Of a stretch of DNA of 64,000 bases, positions 54,418-64,000 are shown piece after piece; position 1 is the first letter of the stretch; the number at the start of each line of letters is the position of its first letter. Both the position numbers and the translations under genes were made by a program. The notes below the pieces were generated by a model. The model worked only from the letters and a program-made list of their open reading frames with translations. It did no database searches and was not told the origin of the DNA. This DNA comes from Hormiphora californensis. Taxonomy: Eukaryota; Animalia; Ctenophora. Where the stretch lies: positions 3,224,001 to 3,288,000 of the forward strand of contig CM035351.1 of assembly GCA_020137815.1 (NCBI GenBank), written 5' to 3'.

Positions 54418-55191
54418 ATGGAATCGCCTATCCAAGAGGCTGTTAGCACGGCAGTCCGGCTCATAGATTCTGATAACATCACAATTAATGCATTTAACAC
54501 CCTCGTTGAAGTGATTGGAAAACTGACAGCAAAAGATTTGGGTTGCAGAGCAGAACATCTCAACATCTTCCCGCATATATTTACACGGGTCCACGAGGCG
54601 GAGAGGTTTCATTTCCATATTTTCTACATCAAGCGAGGCTACAGAATGCCCCTTCACGATCATCCCAGTATGCATGGGATTATGAAGGTATAGTGTCTCA
54701 CCATCTTACAAATCCTTGCCTTGTTCTCTCACTGTGCCAAATGTAAAAGATGGTTAGAACATAACACCACGCCCCCCCCCCCCTAGAACTCTAACCCTAG
54801 CCCCTTTTCACAGGTTTTGTTCGGTAAGATCCGACTCCGCAGTTACACACCGTGCGGGGACTACAACACAGAGAACAAGGAACTGTTTACCTGTGAGCGG
54901 ACAGCTGACATACAATACGACAAGAACAGTACCCCCATTACCCTCACACCTTACCAGAACAACATACACGAGGTCTATGCGATGAGTGATGCTGCCTTTT
55001 TCGATTTCCTCTGCCCACCATATCGCCCGAAAACCCCGAATAGGAGCTGCCACTTTTACAAGCTGGTCCGTACCAGGGATGAACAGAAGCAACTTTTTGA
55101 AATGATGTGTGTTGGGACAGATCCCGAGATACCATACTGCACTGACGAGAGGAACTACTCAGGGGATTCGTTCACTGTTCCCATTAATTAG
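54418..55191 (+). CDS. ADO: 2-aminoethanethiol (cysteamine) dioxygenase, PCO/ADO family, ~215 aa, 2 exons
   Basis: Exons 54418-54687 and 54814-55191. Cupin motifs [48 protein letters not shown]. Confidence 0.9.
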
Positions 55192-55927
55192 GATCTAGTA
55201 CATTCGCTGAAATGAATAAACGCGGATTGCCGATATATGTTTCGTATCCGTGATTGGTTATCCTCGTATCCACGATCAAAAATATCACTCGTGTGTGGTG
55301 CTCCGTCATATTGGCCGCCCACGACGTCCAAGATGCGTGAAAAGGGCAATCAATATTAGCGGACTGACGTAGATAACTGGATACCAATCTGGGAAAATCT
55401 CGAAAAATCAATCACAGATTCGAGGAAACGCGGATAACCACTTTCAGAATCGAAAAATATATCCGCAATCGGCGACTCCTCGTTTATTGATTTCAGCTAT
55501 TGTGGTGGTGTTGATGTTGTTGTGAGCACTGTGTGTGTGCAGTATTGTGGATCCAACCCTCGGCGTGTGCGTGTTTGTGATTGTACATAAAGTTCCGTTA
55601 GTGGTGCAGTAAGAAGAGAAAGACATGAATCAGGGTTCTGTATCCTTATTCCGAGTTATAGAGGTCCTTACTATCGGCTGAGTCGTGAAGCAGTTATATA
55701 TTTTATTAGGGGGACCTCTAGGATTAACTAATCGTTTTGATTACAGTTAAGAGAATATCCAGATCAATAGAGAATATATAGAGGTACAAAGCACTTTTAG
55801 TTAACGAATGGTCGGCGTGGTGCTGATCGGATACAGACTTTTCCACAAAGAAAAGAAGAATACTTTTTGATGTGAAAAACGTGTCAATTAACATTTTGTA
55901 CCTTTTTAGGAGTGAGAGTATAAAATA

Positions 55928-56016
55928 TACAGTCGGACCCCGATTTACCGTCAAATACTGTTAATTTCCTATTTCGGGGGAAGATTATCCTCCCGGTAAA
56001 TCGGGGTCCGACTGTA
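55928..56016. mobile_element. TA-flanked pogo/Tc1-type MITE
   Basis: ta|cagtcggaccccgattta...taaatcggggtccgactg|ta; the same TIR occurs at 59454-59612. Confidence 0.85.
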
Positions 56017-56421
56017 ATGATAAAAATGCAATGGTGTTTCAATGAAATTAAATCTTAGTGACTGTGATTACCAGATTTGAGCTTGTGAAAATATCTTCCC
56101 CTCTTTTACACTAAATACAATGTTAGGTTACAAATGTTAAATAGGTTACAAATGTTAATTTAGATACACACTTCTTTCGTAATGATGGTTGTGCTGTGAG
56201 TTTTTCCACGAAAAAAAAACAGAACGAAACAAACCCCGAACTTTTTCTTCCCTTTTTTGTGTGTTTCCCTACACCTTGTAGTTAGTTTTGTTTTCATTCG
56301 GGTCTGTATTTGTTTCGTAAGATATTTTATTGATTTACAACACGTTAAAAAGATTCTCAAACATCTCTTCACCTCACTCCCCCTACTATATGTCTAACTA
56401 ATCCCTCCCTCTATCTCTAGC

Positions 56422-59230
56422 ATGTCAGTTATAAGATCAACCAGCAGAACGTGCTGTAGAAGATTACTCTCTTCAGCAAGTGAGATGTCGAGGGGTCTCC
56501 CAAAGAAGTTTCCACTACCAGGAGTTAAGAATATCATCCTCGTAGCATCAGGTATATACATGCCTTTTTTATACTTCATAGGACAGGAAAGTGTTAGATA
56601 GTGTCAGATAGTGTTAGACAGCGTTAGATAGTTTCTTTGTATATAATGTGGAAATATAGAAGCTGTTTTACACTAACACAGATGTCTCTACATGGCAATT
56701 TTATGGGGTAAAACTCACCTCGTGTCTCTCTCTATTGTTTAGGAAAGGGAGGTGTTGGAAAATCAACTGTTGCTACAAACCTCGCTCTCTCACTTTCTAA
56801 AAGGTAGGTCGCATTACATCATATTAGTAGATAGTAGATCAGAGAATACCGGCGGCCTCTAGGGTATTCTCTACTATATCTACTAATCTTCATGCGGCTC
56901 ATAAACATTTGGCCATTACAATCTCCATTACATCATACTAATGCAATATTAGAGCTCGTTATTCTATGTACAAATATAGCTGTTCAGTTGTAAAGGTGAA
57001 AATACCACACACTATGTTTCGGGAAGTAAGCTTCTTAAAAATCGACAACTCTTTACTGATCTCCCTCTATGGGAAGATCGAGAATTACGTGACTGTTTCT
57101 CAGAATTCATCTTTCTCAGAATTCATCTTTCTACTAACCATCTCTCAAATTAGGTGTTCAGTAGGATTGCTCGATGCCGATGTATTCGGACCATCAATTC
57201 CTCTAATGATGAATGTTAAGGAACACCCGGAAGTGAACCACCAGAAGTTGATCATTCCCCCCATCAACTATCATGTGAAGTGCATGTCCATGGGTCTTCT
57301 TGTTGATCCGAATTCTCCGGTGAGAATATGTCTCTGTGTTTATATCCCTTTTATATTCCAAATCATTTCTCTGTGTATTGATATCCCTGATTAATTGTTC
57401 ATCACCTCTCTGTGTTTCTGCCCCTTTAAGGCCAGAGGGGGGGGGGGGGTCGACCGATTTTTGACCCCCATTTTGGGCCATTTTCGGGGTTACCATCATG
57501 TGATAGCGATTGGCATACCGGACCAGATGGATATGACAAAATGTGTTGTGCGCAAACGGTCTGGGAGAAAAATGGGGTTAACTTTTGGCCTGATATCAAT
57601 GTAAACCCCATTATTTTAGGACTGGTAGGGTTTTGGACATTCAATTTAGTGCCAAACACTTCGTCTTATCAAGAGGAATCACTCTACAAATTTTTAGACC
57701 ATAAGTCGAACTGGTCTTTGAATTATTTGGGGTTAACAGAATCTGGAAAAATCGACATTATGGCTCCCCTCTAAACCCCATTTTTGCACAGGACTAGCCA
57801 ATTCCTGAAATAACGGCTAGGATCTAGACCTTGTCGTTTGGCACACTTGTTCTACAGACCTAGGAGCCTGAAACTGATGTAGCGATTTTTGATTTAGGTC
57901 CCCGTTCAAAAATTATGGAGGTTAACACATTTTTTCTCGATCAAAAATCCACGTTAACCTCCATAATTTTTGAACGGGGACCTAAATCAAAAATCGCTAC
58001 ATCAGTTTCAGGCTCCTAGGTCTGTAGAACAAGTGTGCCAAACGACAAGGTCTAGATCCTAGCCGTTATTTCAGGAATTGGCTAGTCCTGTGCAAAAATG
58101 GGGTTTAGAGGGGAGCCATAATGTCGATTTTTCCAGATTCTGTTAACCCCAAATAATTCAAAGACCAGTTCGACTTATGGTCTAAAAATTTGTAGAGTGA
58201 TTCCTCTTGATAAGACGAAGTTTTTGGCACTAAATTGAATGTCCAAAACCCTACCAGTCCTAAAATAATGGGGTTTACATTGATATCAGGCCAAAAGTTA
58301 ACCCCATTTTTCTCCCAGACCGTTCGCGCACAACACATTTTGTCATATCCATCTGGTCCGGTATGCCAAGCGCTATCACATGATGGTAACCCCGAAAATG
58401 GCCCAAAATGGGGGTCAAAAATCGGTCGACCCCCCCCCCTCTGGCCTTAATTTCCCCCCTCGTATAATTGTACCCTCCTGATATATTTCTCCAGTTCCTC
58501 ATCTCATTATTTCTCCAGTTTCTGATCTGATCATTATATCTCCAGTTTCTCATCTCATTATTTCTCCCCTAGTCCAGGTTGTCTGGCGAGGGTTGATGGT
58601 GATGCAAGCAATCAAGAAGCTACTCCGTGGTGTGGTATGGGGCCCCCTTGATGTCCTAGTTGTGGACATGCCCCCAGGGACGGGTGACACCCAACTGAGT
58701 ATCACCCAGGAGGTCCCTGTCACCGGTGTCGTCATGGTTACCACTCCGCAAGCAGTCGCAGTGGCTGATTGTATCAAAGGAGCCGAGATGTTTGCCAAGG
58801 TATTGTACCGAGAATTGATCAGTTCATTTCCAAGAAAAATCAAACATTCTTAGAAGAATGAATTTTAAGTGAACACTTAAAATGCATTTTAAAAGTCTGT
58901 GTATTCTACGCGAAAAAAAAGAGTATGTACAATTCACTAATGCATTCCACCAGGTTTCACTGCCCATTCTCGGTATCATAGAGAACATGGTGTATTTCAA
59001 ATGCCCCTCCTGTGAAGTCCACCACCCCCTGTACGGTGAGACACCACTCAGCTGTAGAGTCCAGGGGACCGCTGCGGACGTTCCTGTTCTGACCTCCCTG
59101 CCCATGGAACCATGGGGTTGTGAGAGACTGTGATCAGGGGACGCCCAGTGTCATTGGAAATGAGGAAATTGGGCTTTTGTTCGAGCAAGTTACAAATCAG
59201 ATTGTACCAATGCTTAAAATTAGACGATAG
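56422..59230 (+). CDS. NUBPL: Mitochondrial Fe-S cluster carrier NUBPL/Ind1 (Mrp/NBP35 family); one apparent +1 indel at ~59114
   Basis: Exons 56422-56551, 56743-56803, 57154-57319, 58578-58799, 58954-59230. Motifs [61 protein letters not shown]...CPSC. Confidence 0.92.
57430..58446. mobile_element. ~1017 bp near-perfect palindromic foldback element flanked by TTAA (Kolobok-like), in a NUBPL intron
   Basis: ttaa|ggccagaggggg ... ccccctctggcc|ttaa. Arms of ~495 bp surround a ~26 bp loop near 57927-57952. Mirror ORFs in the ORF track confirm the symmetry. Confidence 0.92.
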
Positions 59231-59453
59231 TTGACCAGAACTTTTTTAAATTTCTACAGATTTTGAACTGTTATGTTGATGGTAATTTATGGATGAACAT
59301 AATAAATTGTTTTGAATTGGTTGAATTTAATCGACCTTTTAAAAGGAATATCGACATTTTCAGCTAAAGATAGTTGCAGATGAGACTAATATTCCCCTCC
59401 CCCGACTAATATCAAACTTAAACAATATTATATCAAGCTTTTAAAATGCTATA

Positions 59454-59612
59454 TACAGTCGGACCCCGATTTAGGGACACCCTCGGGGGAAAGGCTCTTG
59501 TCCACTAAATCGGGGTCAAATAAGGTTAATTTCCTATATCGAGGGGAAAAAATCCTGTCCCTAAATCGGGGTGCCACTAAATCGGGGGCCCCTAAATCGG
59601 GGTCCGACTGTA
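59454..59612. mobile_element. TA-flanked pogo/Tc1-type MITE
   Basis: tacagtcggaccccgatttaggg ... ccctaaatcggggtccgactgta. Confidence 0.85.
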
Positions 59613-59829
59613 TTTAGAACTCGAGCCGTCACAACCAGTAGACCCACGAAGCTCCGTACGTCAAAAAATAGAAGTTCATGACCGGGTAGTATCCAGTCAT
59701 GAACATCTAGTTCTAGAGTAGTTTTAGAGTAGTTCTAGAGTAGTTCTAGAGTAGTTTTAGAGTAGTTCTAGAACCAGTCGACGTCTATTGTAGTAGAGTG
59801 TATATAACCAACCTCTCTTGTTCTAGATC

Positions 59830-60948
59830 ATGTCAGAGGTTCAGCTATCATTACGGGCCTATGCCAAGATCTTATCCCACGTGGTCCAATACCCCTACAC
59901 AGCCGTTAATGGTGTCCTATTGACTGTCGCTGGGGATGATGATGTAGAGAATAAGAGGAGGACAGGAGGGTTGATATAGTTGATGCAGTGCCGCTATTTC
60001 ATTACAACATCTCCCTGACCCCAATGTTGACTGTGGCACTAACTCAAATTGAGGAATACGCGTCAAATAGATCCCTCAAGATTGCTGGGTATTACCACGC
60101 AAATGAGTACTGCAATGACAGCGAGGTAATTAGGGGGTAATTAGAGGGAGAGGTAATTAGGAGGGGGTTTAATTAGCGAGGTAGTTAGGGGGGGGGGGGT
60201 AATTAGGAGGGGGTGGTCAAGAGATTAGAGTCTCTCTCTGTTTCTCGTAATTATTAAACTATTTCGTCGAAATGCAAAATGAGCTAATGCCGAAATAAAT
60301 TTAAAATCACTATTAACAACCTGTCATCGACCACAACTCCCTACTCGTCTCAGGTTGGTTTTGTCGCGGCCCGTATCGCTGATAAGATAGTAGAGAATTG
60401 TGAGGAAGGATGTATGTTGAATTGTCAATAATGAACTTCTCAACCACCTTGCCACCGAGCTTCCCTTCAAACTATTTCACCCTGTCAGGTATAACCTTGT
60501 AGTCGATAATTTTATATTAATTTTATATAATTCTTGAGATTTTATCCATCGAGGCCTCAATAATCAATTCTTGAGAATTTATGAGACCTATAATTTAGCT
60601 GTTTAATATTTCTCCTTACAAGGATGTTATAACCCCGTTATAACCACTACTAAACACTCGGAAGGTCTCAGAAGTATTTAGCAGTAGTTATGACTATTTC
60701 TCTTCCCTAACTCAACATATCTCAGATCAACGGATCGAATTGACTGGAAGGAGGGAGATAAACCCCGATTACAGTACGGAGAGCGAGGTCTAACCCTGGG
60801 CCCTGAGATTATGAAGAGTCAGTTATATAGATCGGTAGTGGATATGGACAATCACTATGACAATGTAAGGTGTAACTGGGATAATGCAGCATTGGACGAA
60901 ACTGTTAAACTCTTCTCAGAATCCCTTGTCAGCGCCGCAGAAGAGTAG
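59830..60948 (+). CDS. EMC8: ER membrane protein complex subunit 8/9 (UPF0172); two apparent single-base indels
   Basis: Exons 59830-60125, 60354-60488, 60726-60948. Motifs AYAKILSHVVQYPYTAVNGVLL, DAVPLFH, LTPMLTVAL, IAGYYHANE, IADKI, VVDMDNHYD...WDN. Frame breaks near 59953 and 60420; missed by the ORF track. Confidence 0.85.
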
Positions 60949-61360
60949 TAATGGGCGGTGAAGTAGAGTTGGGTTTAGGCTGATTTAGTTTTGTTGCGTG
61001 ATGGGGGAGAGAGCAGGAGCAGGAAGGTGCTTGCTATAAAAAGAAAGGAAAGCTGTGAATTATATGACAGAAAGAGTGAGATATATTTGTTGATTGGGTT
61101 TGCAGTTCAGTTTAATATGACATCCTTTAATTATGTGTGTGTGAGTTGACATGTGAGTATATTATCACGTGTATTCAAATTGTTTATTTCTTCAACTAAA
61201 TTCTCCATTTAAACCATCTAATCGTGTATTTGAATTTCTTGCCGGTCGCTGGGTTGTAATTTAGAACCAGGCCTATTCAGAAATTGAAATTTACCTATCT
61301 TCGTGTCTTTGACAGGTTTCTAACAGGTATAGACCCAGAATATATCTATTATATCTAATA

Positions 61361-62296
61361 GTAGAGGCAATAATTACAGTCACCTCCTCTGATTTCTATG
61401 AAACTTCTCCCATGCTAAGAGGTGGCAATAGAGGTTCAAATACCGCAGAGTTTAAGTCTGAACAATGTTCGGTTCGTTAATTATCGCTAATTGAAAAACG
61501 CTAAAATGGCCTAAAATCGCCCTAAGTTCCGAATTGAAATTTTGGAGTTGAGACTCCAGACTTCGTAGAGATGTCCGCTAGGATGACAATATGCACCAAA
61601 ATCGGACGGAAGCCTAAATTCGTCCGAATTCGGTACGAAAAGCCGGGTAGACTGATTTTTGGTCACGTGACATGGGTCCAAAATCAGTTTTTTGCCATTT
61701 ACGCATTTCCTGTACGTCGGAGACAAAAAATATGGCCAATACTTGTCATTTCCATCGCTTTCTGCATCTTTTAAGCCCCCTATAAACATCCCTTACTTCA
61801 ACGGTTCAGAAGTGACGTCATTTAGTCTCCTGAAAAACTCTAACTTCTGAACCGTTGAAGTAAGGGATATTTATAGGGGGCTTAAAAGATGCAGAAAGCG
61901 ATGGAAATGACAAGTATTGGCCATATTTTTTGTCTCCGACGTACAGGAAAGGCGTAAATGGCAAAAAAACTGATTTTGGACCCATGTCACGTGACCAAAA
62001 ATCAGTCTACCCGGCTTTTCGTACCGAATTCGGACGAATTTAGGCTTCCGTCCGATTTTGGTGCATATTGTCATCCTAGCGGACATCTCTACGAAGTCTG
62101 GAGTCTCAACTCCAAAATTTCAATTCGGAACTTAGGGCGATTTTAGGCCATTTTAGCGTTTTTCAATTAGCGATAATTAACGAACCGAACATTGTTCAGA
62201 CTTAAACTCTGCGGTATTTGAACCTCTATTGCCACCTCTTAGCATGGGAGAAGTTTCATAGAAATCAGAGGAGGTGACTGTAATTATTGCCTCTAC
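61361..62296. mobile_element. ~936 bp near-perfect palindromic foldback element flanked by TA
   Basis: ta|gtagaggcaataattacagtcacc ... ggtgactgtaattattgcctctac|ta. Arms of ~453 bp surround a loop at ~61814-61841. Confidence 0.92.
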
Positions 62297-62330
62297 TATA
62301 ATAAATCGCCACACATTTAGCTCGCCACAC

Positions 62331-63892
62331 ATGGAGCAGGTAGACCAGATCATCTTGGTGACACTCCGAGAGTTGGGCCTGACACTGGATGATGACATCA
62401 CCACTCTCTCCCACCTGTCCGATGTTCAGGTTTGAGCTGTCAGAGCATTGGCCTGACCTTATTCTCATTTCTATTCTCACGCGAGAACCGCCGTCAGAGC
62501 ATTGGCCTGGCAGGGTTTGAGCGGGGTGTGGCGACCATGGAATCGTGGTACATAGTTCTCTTTTTGGAGTTTCGAAACTAAACAGGGAATGAATTCAGGT
62601 TGTGGGAAGTGTAGCCCGGTGTCTCAACACAATACGAGGCAGCAGTGGGGAGAAGATCTCTGAGACACTTCCTGGTAATATGGCGATGAGATACCGGCTG
62701 GGAATACAACTTGCTAACGCCTGCAAGGAGTTAGGGTATGTTTTCCATATATTTACAGTAATACAGTTCGTATATAATTTACTATTATGTGACATTATGA
62801 CACCCTGTATATATAGCTGTGGGTTATAGTTAGGCGTTAGCTGTCAGGCTTCCTGTCTACTGTAAATTTCTAGGGGAAAGTAACACCCGGAATTATTTTT
62901 GGAGTTATAACTTCCTTATAAGGCGAATAGCCCTGCGTCACTAACGCCCGCTCCCCTGATATTGCGACAGGTACAAGGCCGATATTGGCTACGAAACGTT
63001 TCTATACGCTAACGAAGTTGAAATCCGGCGACTCCTCATGTTTCCTAGGTGGAGAAACTACCTCGTACAGGAGGTGGAGGAGGTGGGGGAGGTGTGGACC
63101 AGACTAGTAGATCATCTTTGTTGTGTTCCATTGGGCGAGAGTTTAAACGGCAACTCTCCCTTCCCTGGCTCCCCTGCCCCATTACAAGTCCCTAATGGCA
63201 CTGTTTGGGATGGACCAACTACCTTCCACACTGTGTCCGGGTTTACTTCCTTCTCCTCTACCCCCTTGGCTCTCTCGAGAAGGGAAGTCCTGGCGCAACA
63301 GTGCTCTCCAGACCACCTTCTTTGCAGTTTAGTTGCCCTGAACTCCAAACTCAGTCGAGATCTCGATATAACGAACATCAGTTCCAAGACCACTGCTGCT
63401 TCTGTTACAGCTCTTTCGCCGGAGAAGCGAGGAAAGATCAGAGAGTTGGTTAGTAAAGCAGCTTCGGAGGCTGCTGTTTCCACCCTTACTCCCTCATCAC
63501 CAGTGGGTCTGGGTAGTATTAGACTGAGTGCTACGTCACCAATAGCGGCTGATGAACCGTTGAAAAGTGAGGAAAGAGGAGAGGAGAAGGAGGATGAGAA
63601 AACAGAGGAAGAGTTACTAGAGGAGCAGAGAAATGAGGCTGCAGAGTTAGAGGAGGTGTTGGAGGGGTTAGTAGAGAAGGAACGAGAGATGAGGGGCAAG
63701 ATAGAGGGTGCAGGGGAGAAGCTGAAGGGACTAGAGGAGGGGTGTAAGGGCAAGGAAGTGGAACTGGAGGCTCTTGGAGCGGAGTACCAAGTGAAAAAGA
63801 AGACCCTACAGTTAGTCCCTACAGAGGAAAGTCCTGTTAAAGCGATGCGGGGAAAGCTGGATACTGTCCAAAAGGAATCCCTTCATGTTCAG
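62331..63892 (+). CDS. CCDC22: Coiled-coil domain-containing protein 22 (CCC/Commander complex), 5' part; probably continues beyond the window
   Basis: Exons 62331-62429, 62599-62735, 62971-63892. MEQVDQIILVTLRELG...VVGSVARCL...LPGNMAMRYRLGIQLANACKELGYKADIGYETFLY.NE.EIRRLLM matches the CCDC22 N-terminus, followed by acidic coiled coil. Confidence 0.88.
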
Positions 63893-64000
63893 GTAATATA
63901 TATTTGTCACTTCCATTTTCCCAGCTCTGAATACTTAGTACTAGGCACTTCATTCCTAGTACTAGGCACTATGTTTCTCCCCTTCATTCCTAGTACTATA

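Noticed and set aside
57395-58553. Mirror-image ORF pairs (also 61511-62146) as genes or a transposase
   Set aside because: Short ORFs produced by the palindrome arms, with no transposase motifs.
54418-63892. ADO-NUBPL-EMC8-CCDC22 as a functional pathway cluster
   Set aside because: The products act in unrelated pathways (thiol dioxygenase, mitochondrial Fe-S, ER insertase, endosomal recycling); only the co-orientation is supportable.

Overview
Eukaryotic, intron-rich animal DNA with GT-AG introns and abundant (CT)n/(GA)n microsatellites and MITEs. The repeat families and the very short acceptor-to-ATG distances resemble a ctenophore such as Pleurobrachia; this is recollection and inference, not verified. 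Genes spliced by hand, left to right: RanBP3-like (+), PHGDH (-), a duplicated copy of two terminal exons (-), an STB2/STB6-like protein with two peptidoglycan-binding-like (PGBD) repeats (-), a VPS9-domain Rab GEF that may be spliced in frame onto the STB6-like part (-), a ~30 kb BAIAP3/Munc13-4-type C2A-MUN-C2B gene (+), ADO (+), NUBPL (+), EMC8/9 (+) and the 5' part of CCDC22 (+). Most notable: (1) the possible VPS9 + STB6-like/PGBD fusion protein; (2) an array of phase-matched candidate alternative first exons, plus internal alternative exons, in the Munc13-family gene; (3) splice acceptors 1-10 nt before most start codons in same-strand gene runs, suggesting spliced-leader trans-splicing or operons; (4) many foldback MITEs, two of them ~1 kb near-perfect palindromes. 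Single-base indels in conserved genes at 59-63 kb are probably consensus errors. All homology calls come from motif recognition; no database search was run.
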